Part shown: in pieces, positions 58,848-64,000 of the stretch | How positions within the stretch are numbered: the stretch's first letter is position 1 | Layout of the letters: the number at the start of each line of letters is the position of its first letter | Assembly (NCBI GenBank): GCA_015061035.1 | Contig: SUXK01000002.1 | Coordinates: 73,628 to 137,627 of the forward strand | Length of the DNA stretch: 64,000 bases | Direction: 5' to 3' | Origin: Bacteroidales bacterium | GTDB taxonomy: Bacteria; Bacteroidota; Bacteroidia; Bacteroidales; G3-4614 | Notes under the pieces: model-generated | What the model saw: only the letters and a program-made list of their open reading frames with translations | What the model was told of the DNA's origin: nothing | Database searches by the model: none | Translations under genes and position numbers: made by a program

Positions 58848-61418
58848 TTATAAATCGTTAGCGGTTGTAAACCATTTAACGTATGCAAAATCTTGACGGT
58901 GAGGTAATGCAGGATTTTTAGGATATATGCGGAAAGCATATTTGAATGATCCTGCACGTAATACTTGATAATCATATTTGAATGTTGTCAAGTCACCTGC
59001 GGTCTTAACTATCTCAAGTTCTTTAACTATGCGGTGCTCTTTTCCATCTTGGTCTTCAAGTACTACTAACTCAACTCCTAAACAGTTAGGTAATCCCTTG
59101 CGGTCGATAGTTACCTCAATAGGATAAGTTTGTCCTACTTGTAGTCCTGCCTCATAGTTCTCAGGAACTTTTACATCTACTACATCAATTGAATCCCATT
59201 TCTCTGCAACCATTTGTTTCCATGCTGCTATCTCACGAGCCAATTTGTAGTTGTCTGCTTTTAATAATGCACTACGTGAAGCCTCTTTTGAGTAGAAACG
59301 ATCAACATAGTCAAGAATCATACGATTCATTGTGAACTCAGGTGCGATTTGTGCAATTGAGTTTTTGATATATTGAATCCACTCTGGTGAATATCCTTTG
59401 CTGTTTTTAGCAAAGTATAGAGGAACGATTTGGTTCTCTAACATTGAGTAGATTGTTGCTGCATCTAATTGGTCTTGTTGTCCTTGATCTTGGAAAGTAC
59501 GTTTGTCGGTCAATGCCCAACCTGCACCCTCTTTGTATCCTTCGTACCACCATCCGTCAAGTACAGAGAAGTTAAGTACTCCGTTCATCTCTGCTTTCTC
59601 ACCAGATGTTCCTGATGCCTCAAGAGGACGTGTTGGTGTGTTCAACCAGATATCAACTCCAGAGATAAGACGTTTTGATACTTTCATATCGTAGTTCTCC
59701 AAGAAGATAATTTTACCGATGAACTCAGGACGACGTGAAATCTCAACAATTCTCTTAATCAAACCTTGACCTCCACCATCTGCTGGGTGTGCTTTTCCAG
59801 AGAAGATGAATTGTACTGGATAGTTAGGATTGTTTACGATTTTAGCCAAACGATCTAAGTCAGTGAACAATAGGTGCGCACGTTTGTATGTTGCAAAACG
59901 ACGTGCAAATCCGATTAATAGTGCGTTAGGATTGATTTTCTCAAGTACTGATACAATACGAGAAGGATCTCCTTGGTTTTTCAACCAGTTCTCGCGGAAG
60001 TCCTCACGAACGAATTTAACAAGTTTGTTCTTCATCTCTTGACGAAGATTCCAGATCTCTTCATCGGGTACATCGTAGATTTTGTTCCACATTGCACGAT
60101 CTGCTTGTTTTGTTAGAATATCTTTTCCTAAGTGCTTCTCGTAGAACTCTTTCCACTCTGATGATGCCCATGTTGGAAGGTGAACTCCGTTTGTTACATA
60201 ACTTACGTGCAACTCATCGGGGCTATATCCTTTCCAGATTGGTTGGAACATGTTTTGTGATACTTTTCCGTGTAACCAGCTAACACCGTTTACCTCTTGG
60301 CAAGTGTTACATGCAAATACACTCATTGAGAATTTCTCGTTTGTTCCGGGGTTCTCTCTACCCATATCCATCAACTCACCGAATGAGATTCCAAGACGCT
60401 CAGGGAACTCATACATATATTTTCCAAACAAAGACTCATCAAAGCTATCGTGTCCTGCTGGTACTGGAGTGTGAACTGTATATAATGATGATGAACGTAC
60501 TACCTCAAGTGCCTCAGCAAATGATAGTTTCTCCTCTTGTACATACTCTACTAAACGTTGTACGTTGATAAGAGCAGCATGTCCCTCGTTACAGTGGTAA
60601 ACCTCTTTTTTAATTCCAAGACGTTTCAACATCAACATACCACCAATACCTAACATATACTCTTGTTTCATACGGTGTTCCCAATCTCCACCATATAGTT
60701 GGTAAGTGATTGTACGGTCGTATTCGCTATTTTGATCCAAGTCTGTATCAAGTAAGTACAAAGGCACACGTCCTACGTTTACTCTCCAAATGTAAGCATA
60801 AACTACACGTCCTGGATAAGGTACCTCAAGAATGATAGGTTTACCATTCTCATCGCATACTTGGTCAAGTGGTAATTGATTGAAGTTTTGTGCCTCGTAG
60901 TTAGCAAGTTGTTGTCCGTCCATTGAAAGAGTTTGTTTGAAATATCCATAACGATATAAGAAACCAACTCCAGTCATGTTGATATTGCAATCACTTGCCT
61001 CTTTTAAGTAGTCTCCTGCTAATACTCCAAGACCTCCTGAATATATTTTCAATACGTTTGACAAACCGTACTCCATACTGAAATATGCTACTGAAGGCAT
61101 ATCAGTACGACGTGGCTCATCCATATATTTACGGAAGTTTTTGTAAACAGCATTGATGCGAGTCATCATTGCTTTGTCTGCAGCAATCTCTTCGAGACGC
61201 TCATAAGATAGTTTTTGCAACATTAATACAGGATTTCCTGCTGTGGCACGCCACAATTCTGCATCTATATCTTTAAATAGATTTGTTGCTTCTGAGGTCC
61301 AAGTCCAAAATATATTTTTAGACATCTCTTGTAATGCCTCAAGTTTCTCGGGAACGTCGAACTTTACAGTTACATTACCCCATTTGGGCATATTAGTTTC
61401 ACTTACTTTTACTTTCAT
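58848..61418 (-). CDS. glgP: Alpha-glucan (glycogen) phosphorylase, GT35
   Basis: 856 aa with [16 protein letters not shown] and the GTSGEKA..NG pyridoxal-phosphate region. Confidence 0.93.
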   Translation of the reverse strand: MKVKVSETNMPKWGNVTVKFDVPEKLEALQEMSKNIFWTWTSEATNLFKDIDAELWRATAGNPVLMLQKLSYERLEEIAADKAMMTRINAVYKNFRKYMDEPRRTDMPSVAYFSMEYGLSNVLKIYSGGLGVLAGDYLKEASDCNINMTGVGFLYRYGYFKQTLSMDGQQLANYEAQNFNQLPLDQVCDENGKPIILEVPYPGRVVYAYIWRVNVGRVPLYLLDTDLDQNSEYDRTITYQLYGGDWEHRMKQEYMLGIGGMLMLKRLGIKKEVYHCNEGHAALINVQRLVEYVQEEKLSFAEALEVVRSSSLYTVHTPVPAGHDSFDESLFGKYMYEFPERLGISFGELMDMGRENPGTNEKFSMSVFACNTCQEVNGVSWLHGKVSQNMFQPIWKGYSPDELHVSYVTNGVHLPTWASSEWKEFYEKHLGKDILTKQADRAMWNKIYDVPDEEIWNLRQEMKNKLVKFVREDFRENWLKNQGDPSRIVSVLEKINPNALLIGFARRFATYKRAHLLFTDLDRLAKIVNNPNYPVQFIFSGKAHPADGGGQGLIKRIVEISRRPEFIGKIIFLENYDMKVSKRLISGVDIWLNTPTRPLEASGTSGEKAEMNGVLNFSVLDGWWYEGYKEGAGWALTDKRTFQDQGQQDQLDAATIYSMLENQIVPLYFAKNSKGYSPEWIQYIKNSIAQIAPEFTMNRMILDYVDRFYSKEASRSALLKADNYKLAREIAAWKQMVAEKWDSIDVVDVKVPENYEAGLQVGQTYPIEVTIDRKGLPNCLGVELVVLEDQDGKEHRIVKELEIVKTAGDLTTFKYDYQVLRAGSFKYAFRIYPKNPALPHRQDFAYVKWFTTANDL

Positions 61419-61444
61419 CTCTGTATAATTTATAAGTTATTTTC

Positions 61445-63088
61445 TTATTTATTTGTTTTCTTGTTTTGTGCTAATGCTTTTATATATACCTTTTCATACT
61501 CTGCAATGAAGTTACTCCACAACGCTTTCTTTGATGTTGCTGTTGCAGCATCGCATAATGCTTTGTAATCTGCCTCTTTCATTGTTGCTACTGATGCTAT
61601 TGTTTCAGCAATCTTTGTTGAAAGTTCATCGTAGTTTGAATCGGTACGAGGTATTACATATACTCCGCTTCGTTTTGATACTTTGCTTACTTTCTCCATT
61701 ACCCACATTCCAAATCCTGATAGTGATGTTGTTACTGTTGGTATTCCAAAGGCTACACTCTCAAGAGGTGTGTATCCCCATGGCTCGTAGTATGAAGGGA
61801 ATATTGTTAGGTCAAATCCTGGCAATACTTGATAATAACTCTTGTTCAAGATTCCGTCATCGCCTTTTAGGTATGAGGGTACATATATTACTTGTATCTT
61901 ATCATCTGCTGAATCATTGAATGATAGTGTACGTATTTTATTAATAATGTTATCCTCGTTGTAGTTATATAGTGCGTGAGTTACAAATGGTGCATCTAAT
62001 TGTGTTGCATCTGCAGGTAGTTTTTTCATTCTTGCAACTACATCCTCACGTGCATCTCCAGCCCATGCTGGTACTAATATAAATGCTATTATTTGACGCT
62101 CACCATTGTATGAGTCTGATAATTTTTTCAATGAATCAAGGTAAAGATCTATTCCTTTATTACGGAATTCGTTACGTCCTGAAGTTGTTACCAACAGTGC
62201 ATCTTCGGCAGGTTTCTTTCCTGATAGTGCTGCTGCCACCTGCAATAGACTTTTACGCGCTGCTGCACGAACTTTTGCATATTTCTCAGGAGCAGGAACA
62301 ATCTCCTCCTCAAATCCGTTTGGAGTTACATCTGGCTTGCGACCAATTAGTTGTGCACTCTCTTTTGCTGTGATGCTACTTACTGTTGTAAAGGCATCGG
62401 CATTTAAGGCTGCATTCTTCTCAACTGAGTGTTTTGACACCATGTTTAACTCTGCTGCCATTTGATCTCCAAAGTATCCCGGTAGATAATCGTAAAGAGA
62501 TTTTCCGTTTGATGCTATTGAACGTCCTACTGATGTTGCATGTGTTGTGAATACTGTTGCAACAGAGGGTAAATTCTTTTTAACGTAAAGCAAGCCCATT
62601 CCTGTTGTCCACTCATCAAAGTGAGCAACTACGTTATATTTTTCGCCTTCGATAAAATTGTAGAAACTCTCCATTGCTTTTGCAACTGTTACTGCAAACA
62701 TACAAGATTCATCGTAATCGCCATATGCAGGTAGTGAATCGATACCAAAATCGTTCCACATTTGTCCGTATATTGCATCACGTTCTGCAAACGTATCTTT
62801 GAAATCAACTAAAATTGCTATGGGAGTTCCGGGTATTTGCCAACGTCCTACTTTTACTTTTAATCCTGTGTCGGCTGCGACTTTACGCCAACCCTTTAAT
62901 AGAGTTGCACTCTCTTTGAATGCTATATTACCGCCCTCTAAATCGGGACCGAAAAATATTACCTTGTCTTTGTTTTTCTCTTGAAGTGTTCTTGCTTTTG
63001 TTGATAGTACAGTATAGATACCGCCTACTAAGTTACACACTTCCCAACTTGCCTCAAATATATAATCAGGGGTAGTTTTTTTCTTCAT
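61445..63088 (-). CDS. Glycogen synthase (Bacteroidales/eukaryote-like GT3 type)
   Basis: 547 aa with FEASWEVCNLVGGIYTV, HFDEW and PSYYEPWGYTP.E motifs. It lies 26 nt upstream of glgP. Confidence 0.88.
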   Translation of the reverse strand: MKKKTTPDYIFEASWEVCNLVGGIYTVLSTKARTLQEKNKDKVIFFGPDLEGGNIAFKESATLLKGWRKVAADTGLKVKVGRWQIPGTPIAILVDFKDTFAERDAIYGQMWNDFGIDSLPAYGDYDESCMFAVTVAKAMESFYNFIEGEKYNVVAHFDEWTTGMGLLYVKKNLPSVATVFTTHATSVGRSIASNGKSLYDYLPGYFGDQMAAELNMVSKHSVEKNAALNADAFTTVSSITAKESAQLIGRKPDVTPNGFEEEIVPAPEKYAKVRAAARKSLLQVAAALSGKKPAEDALLVTTSGRNEFRNKGIDLYLDSLKKLSDSYNGERQIIAFILVPAWAGDAREDVVARMKKLPADATQLDAPFVTHALYNYNEDNIINKIRTLSFNDSADDKIQVIYVPSYLKGDDGILNKSYYQVLPGFDLTIFPSYYEPWGYTPLESVAFGIPTVTTSLSGFGMWVMEKVSKVSKRSGVYVIPRTDSNYDELSTKIAETIASVATMKEADYKALCDAATATSKKALWSNFIAEYEKVYIKALAQNKKTNK

Positions 63089-63184
63089 TAAATATATGTA
63101 TAGGTTAATACTAAATTGTCCTAAATCAATAACTCAGGACTATATATTTTCTATTTTCAATATAAACTCCTTGAAAATAGACCG

Positions 63185-63192
63185 CAAAATTA
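63185..63192 (-). promoter_or_regulatory. -7 box TAatTTTG for the glycogen synthase operon
   Basis: Exact TAnnTTTG on the minus strand, about 95 nt before the ATG at 63088. Confidence 0.4.
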
Positions 63193-63372
63193 CTCAATTT
63201 TTTTGAGTTAAAAAAATTAATTTATAATAAGTTATCAACATTTATGGGGTTACACATTTGTAAAGAGGTCTGCTTTTGCTTTATTAATCAATAAATGTTA
63301 CGTTTTTATTAGATAAAAAGATTCTTAAAAGTTTTTTTTGAATTTTTATTTTGTTATAAGTTTACGATATAA

Positions 63373-63380
63373 TATATTTG
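63373..63380 (+). promoter_or_regulatory. -7 box TAtaTTTG for the GT2 gene at the right edge
   Basis: Exact TAnnTTTG, 24 nt before the ATG at 63404. Confidence 0.4.
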
Positions 63381-63403
63381 TAGAATATTGAAATTTATGA
63401 TAA

Positions 63404-64000
63404 ATGGAACCTTTAAAATCTAATTCAGTTGTAATAATCCCGACCTATAACGAGATTGAGAATATTAGAAATATTATTGAGGCAGTAATTTCGTTGCCTA
63501 AACAATTTGATATATTAATTGTAGATGATGCATCGCCCGATGGTACTGCAAGTGCTGTTAGAGAGATGCAAACAAAATATGAGGATAGAATTTCTCTTAT
63601 CAGCAGAGAGGGTAAGTTAGGATTAGGAACTGCTTACATCACAGGTTTTAAATGGGCTTTAAAACAAGGTTACGATTTCATTTTTGAAATGGATGCCGAT
63701 TTTTCGCATAATCCCAACGATCTTATTAAACTTTACGAGGCTTGTAGCAATGATGCTGATGTTGCTATTGGCTCACGTTACATATCAGGCGTGAATGTTG
63801 TTAACTGGCCTATGGGCAGGGTTATAATGTCGTACTTTGCATCAAAGTATGTTAGATTTATAACAGGGATGAAAGTTGCTGATGCTACGGCTGGTTTTAT
63901 GTGTTATCGTAGAGAGGTTTTAGAGACTATAAACTTGGATAAAATTCAGTTTAAGGGGTATGCTTTCCAAATTGAGATGAAGTTTAAATCGTATAAACTC
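63404..64000 (+). CDS. Polyprenol-phosphate mannosyltransferase-like GT2 (N-terminal part; runs off the right edge)
   Basis: Reads MEPLKSNSVVIIPTYNEIENI...ILIVDDASPDGT...FEMDADFSHNP...GSRY, which is Dpm1/PpmS-like. Confidence 0.88.
   Translation, partial: MEPLKSNSVVIIPTYNEIENIRNIIEAVISLPKQFDILIVDDASPDGTASAVREMQTKYEDRISLISREGKLGLGTAYITGFKWALKQGYDFIFEMDADFSHNPNDLIKLYEACSNDADVAIGSRYISGVNVVNWPMGRVIMSYFASKYVRFITGMKVADATAGFMCYRREVLETINLDKIQFKGYAFQIEMKFKSYKL

Overview
This is a low-GC (roughly mid-30s %) chromosomal segment, and the gene families point to a member of the order Bacteroidales. The markers are a fused nuoCD, the atpDC-BEF gene order, a GT3-type glycogen synthase with an alpha-glucan phosphorylase, a T9SS-tailed LRR protein, DUF4199/DUF4290/DUF5063/DUF5686-type proteins, and TAnnTTTG -7 promoter boxes. 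About 60 protein genes are almost all housekeeping. They cover respiration and ATP synthesis, translation factors LepA and PrfC, GroESL, MurA, TopB, RecQ, Gmk, NadD, RsmG, TsaB, glycogen metabolism and envelope glycosyltransferases. There are also two identical tandem tRNA-Thr(UGU) genes and a GC-rich ~97-nt RNA that is probably the 4.5S/SRP RNA. I found no transposase, integrase, CRISPR array, or recognisable defence or toxin-antitoxin genes. The unexplained signal is non-coding. (1) A 630-bp ORF-free gap (26310-26945) holds a good Bacteroides-type promoter, a ~300-nt structured leader or ncRNA, a 16-nt tandem repeat, and a run of perfect stem-loops that includes a perfect three-way junction over a stop codon. 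This gap lies upstream of two tiny exported proteins. (2) A terminator-capped, nested-helix RNA lies upstream of the LRR surface-protein gene. (3) A modular AATTAGGAAT-headed intergenic repeat family has three copies, two of which abut stop codons in the sense orientation. (4) The nuo operon stops after nuoH and runs straight into atpD. (5) An orphan WYL regulator sits next to a 670-bp ORF-free tract with a G9 run. All RNA and repeat calls come from reading base pairing by eye. None has been tested against Rfam or other genomes.
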